From positions 24,314 to 48,313 of the forward strand of contig JBBCHB010000041.1 of the NCBI GenBank assembly GCA_037200015.1: a stretch of DNA of 24,000 bases. The letters run 5' to 3'. Below are positions 8,236-17,293 of this stretch, in pieces (the stretch's first letter is position 1; each line of letters begins with the position of its first letter). The DNA is from Aliidongia sp. (GTDB taxonomy: Bacteria; Pseudomonadota; Alphaproteobacteria; ATCC43930; CGMCC-115725). Under the pieces are notes generated by a model that saw nothing but the letters and a program-made list of their open reading frames with translations, was not told the DNA's origin and did no database searches. Made by a program: the position numbers and the translations under genes.

Positions 8236-9330
8236 TTACTTCCCTTCGGTCTCGGTCATGAATTGCGCCAGCTCGTCCTTCCACGCCACCGCCCAGGTAT
8301 GCGTGCCGTGGCCATGCGTGTTCTCGCTGATCGGCAGCAGGATGAAGCGGCCATGCGCCAGCCGCGGCGCCTCCTTCTGCGCGATACCCAGTTCCGGCGG
8401 GTTGATGAAATCATCGGCCGAGTTGATCCACAGCATCGGCGCCGTGATCTTTTCCAGCCCGGCCGAGGGATCGTAGTCGCGCGAGGCATCGACCTGGTAG
8501 ATCAGATCGTTGGCGTCGAGCTTGGCAAGCTCCTCGGCGGTCCGCGTCCCGAACGACTCGTCGACCTGTTCCGCGGTCGCCAGCGATTTCTGCATCTGCT
8601 GCGGCGCGCTTCCGGCAATCCAGAGGAGGTCGGAGGCGGCGCGCAGCCCCTCGCTCGGCTCCTGCTTGTACTCGCCGCCCTGCCAGGTCGGATCATGCTG
8701 GATCACGTCGATTACCATATGCCGCCACAGCCGGTTGCGCCCGACGATCCGCACCGGCAAACAGGCGAAAGGCGCCAGCGCCTGGACATCGGCCGCATAG
8801 GTTTCTCCCCAGACGAAGGCATGCATGCAACCCATCGAGGTCCCGAGGATCAGGCGCAGCTTGCCGGTCTTCAGCCCGTCTTTGGCCAGCCGGTGCTCGG
8901 CCTCGACCATGTCGTCATAATTGTAGTGCGGGAATTTGGCGCGCAGCCCGTCGCTCGGCTTCGAGGATTGGCCGTGCCCGATGCCGTCCGGCAGGATTAT
9001 GAAATAGCGCGACGCGTCGAGCGGTTGGCCGGCGCCGAACAGCTCGCCGCCGAAGATCGGCCGCAGGAAGGTCGAGCCGTCGCCGCCGGTGCCGTGTAGG
9101 ATCATCACGGCGTTGGTGATGCGATGCTGCGCGTCATATTTCGGCGTGCCGAGGGTACGGTAGTGGATCTTAAGTTCCGGCAGCGTCTCGCCCGAGCGGA
9201 AATGGAAGTCGCGGATCGCGAAATCGGCTTCCTTCAGACCCGGCCAAGTCGGTGCATCGGCCGCGACGGCGGCGCCGGTCAAGGCCAAGCCGGCCGCTGC
9301 GAAGATCGTAACCAGAAGCCGATTCATCAT
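8236..9330 (-). CDS. secreted alpha/beta-fold hydrolase (MetX-like fold)
   Basis: Signal peptide MMNRLLVTIFAAAGLALTGAAVAADA. HGTGG oxyanion-type motif. Nucleophile elbow GTSMG. 364 aa, uninterrupted. Confidence 0.8.
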   Translation of the reverse strand: MMNRLLVTIFAAAGLALTGAAVAADAPTWPGLKEADFAIRDFHFRSGETLPELKIHYRTLGTPKYDAQHRITNAVMILHGTGGDGSTFLRPIFGGELFGAGQPLDASRYFIILPDGIGHGQSSKPSDGLRAKFPHYNYDDMVEAEHRLAKDGLKTGKLRLILGTSMGCMHAFVWGETYAADVQALAPFACLPVRIVGRNRLWRHMVIDVIQHDPTWQGGEYKQEPSEGLRAASDLLWIAGSAPQQMQKSLATAEQVDESFGTRTAEELAKLDANDLIYQVDASRDYDPSAGLEKITAPMLWINSADDFINPPELGIAQKEAPRLAHGRFILLPISENTHGHGTHTWAVAWKDELAQFMTETEGK

Positions 9331-9509
9331 CCAAATCCCTCCCCCAAGGCGGCCGAGGATAGGCCGCTCGATTAGCGCTATACGCCGAAACTGCGCAGAG
9401 GGAAGATCACTGACGCGTGAGCCCGGCCTGCGACAATCCTCTTCACGAGCAAGTCCCGCGACGGGGCATGATACGTGCTGCGCTGAGCGCGCGAACCGAA
9501 GGAGACACT

Positions 9510-10354
9510 ATGAGGCCGATCATCGCCGTCGTCGCCCCGGGCAGCATGGGCGCCGCCATCGGACGCCGTCTGGTCGAGCGCGGCGCCGAAGTGCGCACCG
9601 CGCTGGCCGGCCGCAGTGCCGCGACCAGGGCACGGGCCGCGGCCGCCGGCATGGTCGCAGCCGAGCCGAGCGGCTTGGCCGAAGCCGGGTTCATCCTGTC
9701 GATCGTGCCGCCGGGCGAAGCGCTTGCCCTCGCCGAAAGCCTTGTGCCGGTCCTGACCCAGGCCACGCACAAGCCGCTCTATGTCGATTGCAATGCGGTC
9801 AGCCCGGACACGGTCGCACGCATTGCCACGGTCATCGCACCAACCGGCTGCCGCTTCGTCGATGCCGGCATCATCGGCGGCCCGCCGCAGCCGGACGCGG
9901 CCGGCCCGGTGTTCTACGCCTCCGGGCCGGATGCTGGATGCCTAGCGGCGCTCGCCGAATACGGGCTCGAAATCAGCCTGCTCGACGGGCCGATCGGCGC
10001 CGCCTCCGCCCTCAAGATGTCCTATGCCGGCATCACCAAGGGCTGAGCGCACTCGCCACCGCCATGATCCTGGCCGCGACCCGCGCCGGCGCGGCCGAGG
10101 CGCTGGGCGCGGAACTGGCGGCGAGCCAGCCGGCGCTGCTGAAGATGTTCACGCGCGGCGTGCCCGGCATGTTCCCCAAGGCCTATCGCTGGATCGCCGA
10201 GATGGAGGAGATCGCCGCCTTCTCGGACGATCCGGCCACGACGGCGATCTATCGCGGCATCGCCGATCTCTACCGCCGGATCGCGGCCGATGTCGCCGGG
10301 CCGAACCAGGACACGGCGACCCTGCGCGGGTTCTTCACACAGGCGGCGGAATAG
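9510..10354 (+). pseudogene. NAD(P)-binding oxidoreductase with DUF1932-type C-terminal domain, one frame break
   Basis: N-terminal Rossmann IAVVAPGSMGAAIGRRL after GAAGGAG. The frame ends ...SYAGITKG* at 10046, and the protein continues in the next frame as LSALATAMILAATRAGAAEAL...FFTQAAE*. This fits a missing base at about 10043. Confidence 0.75.
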
Positions 10355-10380
10355 AGCGCAGGAATCATTTCGACGACGCC

Positions 10381-10650
10381 TCACCTGTAGTGATATCGAC
10401 AGGACACGATCTCGATCTGCTGGGCCTCGCCCTTTCCGGTTACCCGGTAGATCAGACGATGTTCGCCCGTAATCCGGCGCGACCACCAACCGGCAAGATC
10501 CCCCTTCAACGGCTCAGGCTTGCCAAGGCCCTTGAAGGGATCGCGACGCGCGTCCTTGATCAACTCATTGCGCCGGCGAAGCATGTCCCGGTCGTTGTCC
10601 TGCCAGTAAAGATAGTCTTCCCACGCTTCGGCGGTCCATAGGAGCCTCAT
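10381..10650 (-). CDS. yoeB: YoeB toxin (type II TA, mRNA interferase)
   Basis: MRLLWTAEAWEDYLYWQDNDRDMLRRRNELIKDARRDPFKGLGKPEPLKGDLAGWWSRRITGEHRLIYRV...CRYHY aligns almost position for position with E. coli YoeB as remembered. Confidence 0.95.
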   Translation of the reverse strand: MRLLWTAEAWEDYLYWQDNDRDMLRRRNELIKDARRDPFKGLGKPEPLKGDLAGWWSRRITGEHRLIYRVTGKGEAQQIEIVSCRYHYR

Positions 10651-10913
10651 TTGGCAGGAGGCGCCTCGATGATCTCCCGCTCGGTGAGTTGCCCAGCATC
10701 GGCACTTTTAATCGAGCGAAGCAGGCGCTCTGCATTGGCCGGGCTTCGCAGCAGATGCAGTGTCTCCATAATGCCCTCATACTCTTCCTCCGAGAGCACG
10801 ATGACCGGCCGCGCGTTCTGCCGAGTCACGCGCAAAACGTCGCGACTGTCGCAAACACTGTCCATGTGTGCGGCGAGGTGCTGGCGGAATTCGGTATAGG
10901 ATACGGTGGGCAT
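10647..10913 (-). CDS. yefM: YefM antitoxin (Phd/YefM family)
   Basis: MPTVSYTEFRQHLAAHMDSV...VTRQNARPVIVLSEEEYEGIMETLHLLRSPANAERLLRSI resembles E. coli YefM. It overlaps yoeB by 4 bp (ATGA). AAGGAG lies 8 nt before the ATG. Confidence 0.95.
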   Translation of the reverse strand: MPTVSYTEFRQHLAAHMDSVCDSRDVLRVTRQNARPVIVLSEEEYEGIMETLHLLRSPANAERLLRSIKSADAGQLTEREIIEAPPAK

Positions 10914-10935
10914 GAGCCAATCTCCTTGCCGTCAA

Positions 10936-10965
10936 TAAATAGGTACATGTACCTATTTCTGTCAA
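10936..10965 (-). promoter_or_regulatory. putative sigma70-type promoter of yefM-yoeB
   Basis: On the minus strand: TTGACA (10965-10960), an 18-nt spacer, then TATTTA (10941-10936). It lies about 20 nt upstream of the SD/ATG. Confidence 0.6.
10937..10958. promoter_or_regulatory. 22-bp perfect palindrome, putative YefM-YoeB operator
   Basis: aaataggtacatgtacctattt is its own reverse complement. It fills the -35/-10 spacer, contains two GTAC cores, and is flanked by direct gtcaat copies (10931-10936, 10961-10966). Confidence 0.7.
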
Positions 10966-11087
10966 TGCGGCAGGATATGCAGCGCATCTATCCGTCCCCC
11001 TATCAAGCAATAGCGCAATCTTGATTGGACGAAGCCCGAGCACGGGAGCTTGGCTTGGCGAACCTGCCGCACCATCCCGGAGATCGC

Positions 11088-11939
11088 ATGTCCCCGTTCT
11101 CGCCCGACCATCCCGGCGCCGCCTGGGCGCTGCTGACCCAGGCGCAGCGAGACGCCGCTTATAACAATTCGGCAGCGGTCGCCGACAGCGCGCAGCACGT
11201 CGCGGTCCGGAACGCGGCCTCGGCCGCCTGGCGTTCGGCCGAACGCCATCACCTCGACCTGCCTTATGGACCGAGCGCGCGCGAGGCTTGGGACATCTAT
11301 CCGGCAAACGATCCGGCGGCGCCCTGTTTCGTATTCATCCATGGCGGTTATTGGCAGATGAATGCGCGGGAGAATTTCGCCTGCCTGGCCAAGGGCCTCC
11401 TCGCCCATGGCTGGTCGGTCGCGATGCCCGGCTATACCCTGGCGCCGGAGGCCAATCTGGCGCGCATCGCGGATGAGATCACGCGCGCGCTCGACTGGCT
11501 GGCCGGGCATGGCCGTCGCTACGGCGCCGGCGGCAAGGTGGTGGTGTCCGGCTGGTCGGCAGGGGGGCACCTTGCCGCGCTGGCGCTGGACCATCCCACC
11601 GTGTACGCCGGCCTCGCTATTTCCGGCGTCTACGAGCTGGCGCCGCTGCGCGACACTTATCTCGACAAGAAGCTGGCGCTGAGCGACCGGGAGATCGAAA
11701 CCCTGTCGCCGCTGCGTCTGCCGGTCGTCGGCAAGCCGCTGGTCATCGCTTATGGCTCGGCCGAGCTGCCGGCGCTGGTCGAGGATGCCCGTGCCTTCCA
11801 CGCGAAGCGGGCGGCAGCCCATGCGCCGGGCGCCCTGCTGCCGATCCCGCGCGCGGATCACTATACGGTGCTCGACCAGATCGCGGCCGCGGATGGCATG
11901 CTGACCCGGGCAGCGCTCGAGCTGGCGCGGGATTTCTAG
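11088..11939 (+). CDS. alpha/beta hydrolase, esterase/arylformamidase-like
   Basis: HGGYW oxyanion motif and nucleophile elbow GWSAGGH. ATG 11088 follows GGAGA. The in-frame TTG at 11025 is an alternative start (ORF 11025-11939). Confidence 0.8.
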   Translation: MSPFSPDHPGAAWALLTQAQRDAAYNNSAAVADSAQHVAVRNAASAAWRSAERHHLDLPYGPSAREAWDIYPANDPAAPCFVFIHGGYWQMNARENFACLAKGLLAHGWSVAMPGYTLAPEANLARIADEITRALDWLAGHGRRYGAGGKVVVSGWSAGGHLAALALDHPTVYAGLAISGVYELAPLRDTYLDKKLALSDREIETLSPLRLPVVGKPLVIAYGSAELPALVEDARAFHAKRAAAHAPGALLPIPRADHYTVLDQIAAADGMLTRAALELARDF

Positions 11940-11965
11940 CGACAGCCCGAGCAATTGCCGGCGGC

Positions 11966-12793
11966 CTACGCGAAATCCGTCCCGAGACTGACCGTCTGCC
12001 AGCGTTCGAGATCGGCGGCGAAGCTCTTCTGCTTCTCCTGCACGCGGCGGAAGGCGTCGGAGCCGAGCACCAGATGCAGCGGCGGTTCGGCTGCTGCAAC
12101 CGCCTCGATGATGGCGGCAGCGGCGCGGACCGGGTCGCCGATCTGCTGGCCGGCCATGGCATCGAGCCGAGCCACGGCCGCACCGGCAGTCGCAGCGTAG
12201 TCGTCGCTCCCGGCTTCGGTCTTGCGCAGCGAATGTTCCGACAGGAAATCCGTGCGGAAGGCGCCGGGCTCGACCAAGGTCACCTTGATGCCGAGCGGGG
12301 CGACTTCATAGGCGAGCGCCTGCGACAGGCCTTCGACCGCAAATTTGGAGGCGGCATAGAAGCCCGAGCCGGCCATTGGCGCCAAGCCGGCAATCGAGGT
12401 GATGTGACGATATGGCCGGACCGTTGCCGGCGCAGCTGCGGCAGCACGGCCTGAATGACGCGCCGGGTGCCGTGGAAATTCACGTCGAACAGATGCGCGA
12501 CCTGTTCCTCGGTCGCCGCCTCGATCGCGCCGAGCAGGCCGTAGCCGCCATTGTTGACGACGACGTCGATCCGCCCGCGGATGCCGATCGCCTGGCCGAG
12601 CACATCCCTTGATCGCCGCCGGATCGGTCACGTCGAGCGCCAGGACGTGGAGACGGCCCGTCTTATCCGCGAAGGGCGGCTTGCCGTCGCGCGTCGTGCC
12701 GATGACGGTCTCGCCCTTGGCCAGCAGCGCCTCGCTCAGCACCATGCCGAAGCCGCGGGAAATGCCGGTGATGAACCAGATCTTGGTTGCCAT
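11966..12793 (-). pseudogene. short-chain dehydrogenase/reductase (SDR), two compensating frame breaks
   Basis: MATKIWFITGISRGFG (TGxxxGxG), then VVNNGGYG in a second frame, then SIAGL...YAASKFAVEGL (YxxxK) back in the first frame. Breaks are at the CCC run 12606-12608 and about 12405. Total length is a multiple of 3. Confidence 0.8.
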
Positions 12794-12911
12794 GTCGCAG
12801 AACCTTTCTTGCTGGAGAGCTGCCCAGAACCGGACGCTGCAGATCTGGGGAGGTTCCAGCCTTCGGATAATGTGATAGAAACCAAATACCCTCTGTGATT
12901 TCTGGTGCATA

Positions 12912-13814
12912 ATGCGCGGAACCGAATTCGCCGAGCTGCGCGCCTTCGCCGCCGTGGCCGAGCACGGCAATTTCACCCGGGCCGCCGCCCGGCTGCGCCT
13001 CTCGCCCTCGACCCTCAGCCAGATCATCCGCAGCCTCGAAGCCCGCATCGGCGTCCGGCTGCTCAATCGGACGACGCGCAGCCTGGCGCTGACCCCCGCC
13101 GGCGAGCGGCTGCTCGCCCGGTTCAAGCCGGCCATGGCCGAAATGGAGGCATCGATCGAGGATGCCCGGGCGCTGCAGGGCCGGCCGGTCGGGCTGGTGC
13201 GGCTGCACACTTCGCGCTCGGCCACCGCCATGTTCCTCGAGCCGGTGCTCGGGCGGTTCCGCGACGCCTATCCCGACATCCTGCTCGATGTGACGATCGA
13301 CGATGCCGTGATCAATATCGTCGAGGCCGGCTACGATGCCGGCATCCGGCTGGGCGAGCTGCTGGAGAACGACATGATGGCGGTCAAGCTGGGCGGCGAT
13401 ATCCGCCAGATCGCCGTCGCCGCGCCGGAATATCTGGCCGAACACGGCACGCCCGCGACGCCGGCCGATCTGCTGAACCATCGCTGCATCAACTGGCGCC
13501 AGCCCGGCAGCAAGGGCCTCTATAATTGGGAGTTCTTCGAGAACGGCCATTGGATCGCGGTTGCCGTCAACGGGCCGTTGACGGTGTCGCATCGCGACGT
13601 CTCGATCCAGGCGGCGCTGCAGGGCGTCGGCATCGCCTTCTGGGCCGAGCATCTGGTCCGGCCCCTGGTCGAGGCCGGCCGGCTGGTCGCGCTGCTCGAA
13701 GAGTTCTCAGTCGAATTTCCCGGCTGGTACCTCTACTACCCGAAGCAGCGCTACATGCCGACCGCGCTCCGCGCTTTCATCGACTTCCTGCGCAACTGCC
13801 ATCCGCCGCCCTGA
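12912..13814 (+). CDS. LysR-family transcriptional regulator
   Basis: N-terminal wHTH ELRAFAAVAEHGNFTRAAARLRLSPSTLSQIIRSLE and a LysR substrate-binding C-terminal region. Divergent from the SDR gene. Confidence 0.9.
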   Translation: MRGTEFAELRAFAAVAEHGNFTRAAARLRLSPSTLSQIIRSLEARIGVRLLNRTTRSLALTPAGERLLARFKPAMAEMEASIEDARALQGRPVGLVRLHTSRSATAMFLEPVLGRFRDAYPDILLDVTIDDAVINIVEAGYDAGIRLGELLENDMMAVKLGGDIRQIAVAAPEYLAEHGTPATPADLLNHRCINWRQPGSKGLYNWEFFENGHWIAVAVNGPLTVSHRDVSIQAALQGVGIAFWAEHLVRPLVEAGRLVALLEEFSVEFPGWYLYYPKQRYMPTALRAFIDFLRNCHPPP

Positions 13815-13823
13815 CTCCCTTGC

Positions 13824-16019
13824 TTATGCCGTCCCGAACAGCGGCTTGACCCGGGCCGGCGTGAACGGCACCGAGCGCAGGCGTACGCCGGGTCGCGTCG
13901 AACACGGCGTTGCCGATCGCGGCCGGAACGATCGCGGCCGAGGGTTCGCCGCCGCCCCAGGGCACTTCGGTCGGGCGGTCGATCAGATCGATCGCGACCT
14001 CCGGCACCTCCGGAAGGTCAGGATCGGGTAGCTCGCCCAATCGAGGCTGGTCACCTTGGAGCGGTCGAAAGTCAGCTCCTCCTTCAAGGTCCGGCTGACC
14101 GTCTGGATGACATTGCCGTCGATCTGGTTGCGCAGCCCGTCGGGGTTGATGATCTGGCCGCAATCATGCGCGACATAGAACTTCTTCACCGCAATCTCGC
14201 CGGTCTTGCGGTTGACCTCGACCTCGGCCACGGCGCCGACATAAGTGCGCAGCAGCTCGTATTTGACATAGGCCATGCCGCGGCCCGTGGCGATCTCGGC
14301 CGAGCGGTCGACTTTCGGCCGGTCGCGCCATTTGCTGAGCGTGGCCAACCGTTCGAGCAACTCCTTGCCGCGCGTATCGGCCAGATGGTCGAGCCGGAGC
14401 TGGAGCGGATCGGCGCCGAGCTCGGCGGCGATCTCGTCCAGGAACTCTCATTGGCGAAGGTGTTCTGCAGCCGCCCGGGCGAGCGGATCCAGGACGGCCG
14501 GAACGGCGTCGTCTCCAGCCGATGCGCCACCGTCTTGATGTTCGGGAAACCATAGGGGATGGCCTGGTCGTTCAGCACGCCGCCCGGGCTGAGCGTGCCC
14601 AAACTGTCGAGCCCGGCGTGATCGGCCGCGACCAGCGCCACCATGCCGGCGCCGCCATTCGGGATGAACAGCTCGGATTCCCAGGCGACCACCTTGCCGT
14701 CCGCATCGATGCCGGCGCGCATGTCGAGCAGGGTCGGCGGGCCTTTGGGATCCCAGCCATGCTCGTCGGCGCGCATCCATTGCACGCGCACCGGCTGGCC
14801 GGTTTCGCGCGCCAGCAGCACGGCATCGGCCGCGGCATCCTCATGGCCGTTGCGGCCGTAGCAGCCGGCGCCGTCGAGATAGATGCAGCGCACCTTGGCC
14901 GGATCCGCGCCGAGCATCGCTGCCAGCTGCTTGCGCAGATTATGGGTCGCCTGCGAAGCGGTCCAGACCGTGACGCTGTCCTGGTCGAAGCTGGCGACCG
15001 CGCAGGACGGGCCGATCGAGCCATGGGTGTGGATGGCGAAATCATAGCTCGCCGAAAGCTTGCGCGGCGCCGCGGCGAGCGCGGTCGCCGAATCGCCGAT
15101 ATTGCTGGTCGAGTCGTCCTTGGCGATTTTGGTCGTGCGGACATGCTGCCAGAGCTGCTTCTCGTCCGGCAGGCCCTCCCAGGGCGACCAAGTGATGGCG
15201 AGCTGCTGCGCCGCCTTGATCGCGCCCCATTCGCTCTTGGCGACGACGCCGAGGAAATTGCCGACCCGCACGACCTTGACGACGCCCGGAATGTCCTTGA
15301 TCGAGGCCTCGTCATAGGACACGAGGGTCGAGGGGGCCCATGCCGGCCGGCCGGATGACGCGGCCGTGCAGCATGTTCGGCAGCTTGAAATTCTGCATAT
15401 AGGTGAAGCGCGCCATCACCTTGTCCGGGATGTCGAGCCGGCGCACCGGCTTGCCGACCAGCGTGTAATCGGCCGGCGCCTTCTGCGGTGCCGCCTTGTC
15501 GAGCTTCAGCTCCAGCGTCTTGCCGCCGATCAGCTTGCCGATCGCCACGGATTTGCCGCCCGGCGCCGTGACCACGCCGTCCTTGAGCTTCAGCCCGGCG
15601 GCATCGGCCTTGAGCCGGGTCGCCGCCTCGGCGAGCAACGCGCGGCGCGCCGTCGCCGCCGCCTGGCGCAACTGCATGCCGCCATTCTGGATCGACAGGC
15701 TGCCGAAGCTCGGCCCCTGGTCGGGGGTCAGCGCCGTATCGCCCTGGATCACCGTGACATGGTCGAGCGGCACGTCGAGCTCGTCGGCGACGATCTGGGT
15801 CAGCGCCGTGCGCACGCCCGTGCCGAGATCGACCTTGCCGGAATAGACCGTGACCTTGCCGTCGGCGGCGATCGCCAGGTAGCCGTCGACCGCATCGGGC
15901 GCCACGGTCTTGGCGACCGGCGCAGGCCCGGCCAAGCCGAGGCTGGGCGCCAGCGCGAAGGTGACGACCAGGGAGCCGGACGCCTGCAGCAGGGTGCGGC
16001 GATTCATCATGATGGTCAT
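13824..16019 (-). pseudogene. xanthine-dehydrogenase-family molybdopterin-binding subunit (IorB / aldehyde oxidoreductase large-subunit-like), four frame breaks
   Basis: Tat-type signal MTIMMNRRTLLQASG. Homologous segments run through ORFs 15312-16037, 14186-15322, 13983-14360 and 13777-14163, then a final frame ending ...DATGVRLRSVPFTPARVKPLFGTA*. Breaks are at the G5 run 15332-15336, AA 14443-14444, GG 14012-14013 and GGG 13890-13892. Net length is a multiple of 3. Confidence 0.8.
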
Positions 16020-16033
16020 GATCGCTCCCTCCC

Positions 16034-16495
16034 TCAAACGCCGGCCGCGCGCTGCACCGCGCGCAGGATGCGCAGATGGGTGCCGCAGCGACAGAGATTG
16101 TTGGCCAGTTCCTGCTTGATCTGATCGGCGCTCGGCTTCGGCGTCTTATGCAGGAAGGCGGCCGATTGCATGATCATGCCGTTGATACAGTAGCCGCATT
16201 GCACTGCCTGCTCCTCGATAAACGCCGCCTGGACCGGATGCGGATGCGCCGCGGTGCCGAGCCCTTCCAGCGTCACGATCTTGCTCTTGCCGATCTGCGA
16301 TACCGGCGTGATGCAGGACCGCACCGCCTCGCCGTCGACATGCACCGTGCAGGCGCCGCATTGGCCGAGGCCGCAGCCGAAGCGCGGGCCGTGCAGATCC
16401 AGATCGTTGCGCAGCACATAGAGCAGCGGCATGTCCGGATCGTCGACGCTGACGGTCTCCGTCTTGCCGTTCACGCTCAGCTGAATCCTTGCCAT
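16034..16495 (-). CDS. (2Fe-2S)-binding small subunit of the molybdo-dehydrogenase (IorA-like)
   Basis: CGLGQCGACTV and CGYCINGM...CRCGTH cluster motifs. ATG 16495 follows GGGGAG at 7 nt. Its stop lies 14 bp before the large-subunit start. Confidence 0.9.
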   Translation of the reverse strand: MARIQLSVNGKTETVSVDDPDMPLLYVLRNDLDLHGPRFGCGLGQCGACTVHVDGEAVRSCITPVSQIGKSKIVTLEGLGTAAHPHPVQAAFIEEQAVQCGYCINGMIMQSAAFLHKTPKPSADQIKQELANNLCRCGTHLRILRAVQRAAGV

Positions 16496-16635
16496 CGAAC
16501 CGCTCCCCATCCCCGTTATGGACCGGGACCGAGTTTATGAGGTTTCGGCAGCACCGTCCCATGCGCTTTCGGCGCGGCCGATCAGGTACCTCCGCACGGT
16601 ATTCTTGAAAGGTCTTTATTCTTGAGAAGTCATTT

Positions 16636-17129
16636 TCAGTGGGGCGGGCGTCTCGCCCGCCACGCCGCGGAGCGGCGTTCATGTGCGTTCCATCCCAGTT
16701 GCCCAGCACCACGATATGTCTCCAGCCCGGGCCAGCGCCGGAAGGGATTGCCCAAGACGTAGTCGCGTTTCTGTTGGTATTCGACGTCATTGCGAACCAC
16801 GCGATCAAAGTACTCGTCTTGCCAGATAGTACCGATGTGCTGGCGATACCCTCCAATGCGCTTGGCGGAGAACGACTTCCAAGAATGCAGGATTGCTTCC
16901 AAAGGGAAAACGGGATGCGGCTCGACAAGGACATGCACATGGTCATTCATTACGACATAGGCATGGAGCGCATATCGCTGGTCGTCAAAATGGCGAAGGC
17001 TGGAAACGATGAGGTCGCGCTCCCCTCTGAAAGATCGGTCAGCCCCTCCCTGAGGCGCCACGTTACAAAGTAAAGTGCTCCGTGAACCCGAGCGTGGGGA
17101 AGCCTGTGTCGATAGAAATCGAAAGTCAC
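16636..17129 (-). pseudogene. REP-associated tyrosine transposase (RAYT, IS200/IS605-like Y1 HUH), one frame break
   Basis: GTG 17129 opens (M)TFDFYRHRLPHARVHGALYFVTWRL. After a break at the CCCC run 17022-17025 the protein continues ERDLIVSSLRHFDDQRYALHAYVVMNDHVHVLV (HUH) ...WQDEYFDRVVRNDVEYQQKRDYVLGNP (catalytic Tyr region). The 3' end runs into the left REP. Confidence 0.8.
16638..16683. repeat. REP element, left flank of RAYT
   Basis: agtggggcgggcgtctcgcccgccacgccgcggagcggcgttcatg, with internal hairpin ggcgggcg-tct-cgcccgcc. It is an inverted copy of 17222-17267 with 1 mismatch in 46 bp. Confidence 0.85.
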
Positions 17130-17221
17130 GATACTGGGATCATCGATCTTATACTTTACATTAGGTCAACTGAGCGGTTTTTTTATGCCGCCGAACAGAC
17201 GGAGCCTGGATATTTTCGAGC

Positions 17222-17267
17222 CATGAACGCCGCTCCGCGGCGTGGCGGGCGAAACGCCCGCCCCACT
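17222..17267. repeat. REP element, right flank of RAYT
   Basis: catgaacgccgctccgcggcgtggcgggcgaaacgcccgccccact is the reverse complement of 16638-16683 except for the loop base. It lies 27 bp downstream of the kup stop. Confidence 0.85.
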
Positions 17268-17293
17268 TCCTTGTAGAACCTTGGCGCGAAATA

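Noticed and set aside
7600-9099. 499-aa ORF on the + strand
   Set aside because: It is antisense to the GNAT and alpha/beta hydrolase genes, which both show clear family motifs. Its composition is Arg/Gly/Pro-dominated.
12794-12911. LysR-type T-N11-A operator in the SDR/LysR divergent region
   Set aside because: Several weak candidates exist (tgtgatagaaacc / tgtgatttctggt), but none forms a convincing dyad. I cannot choose among them by eye.
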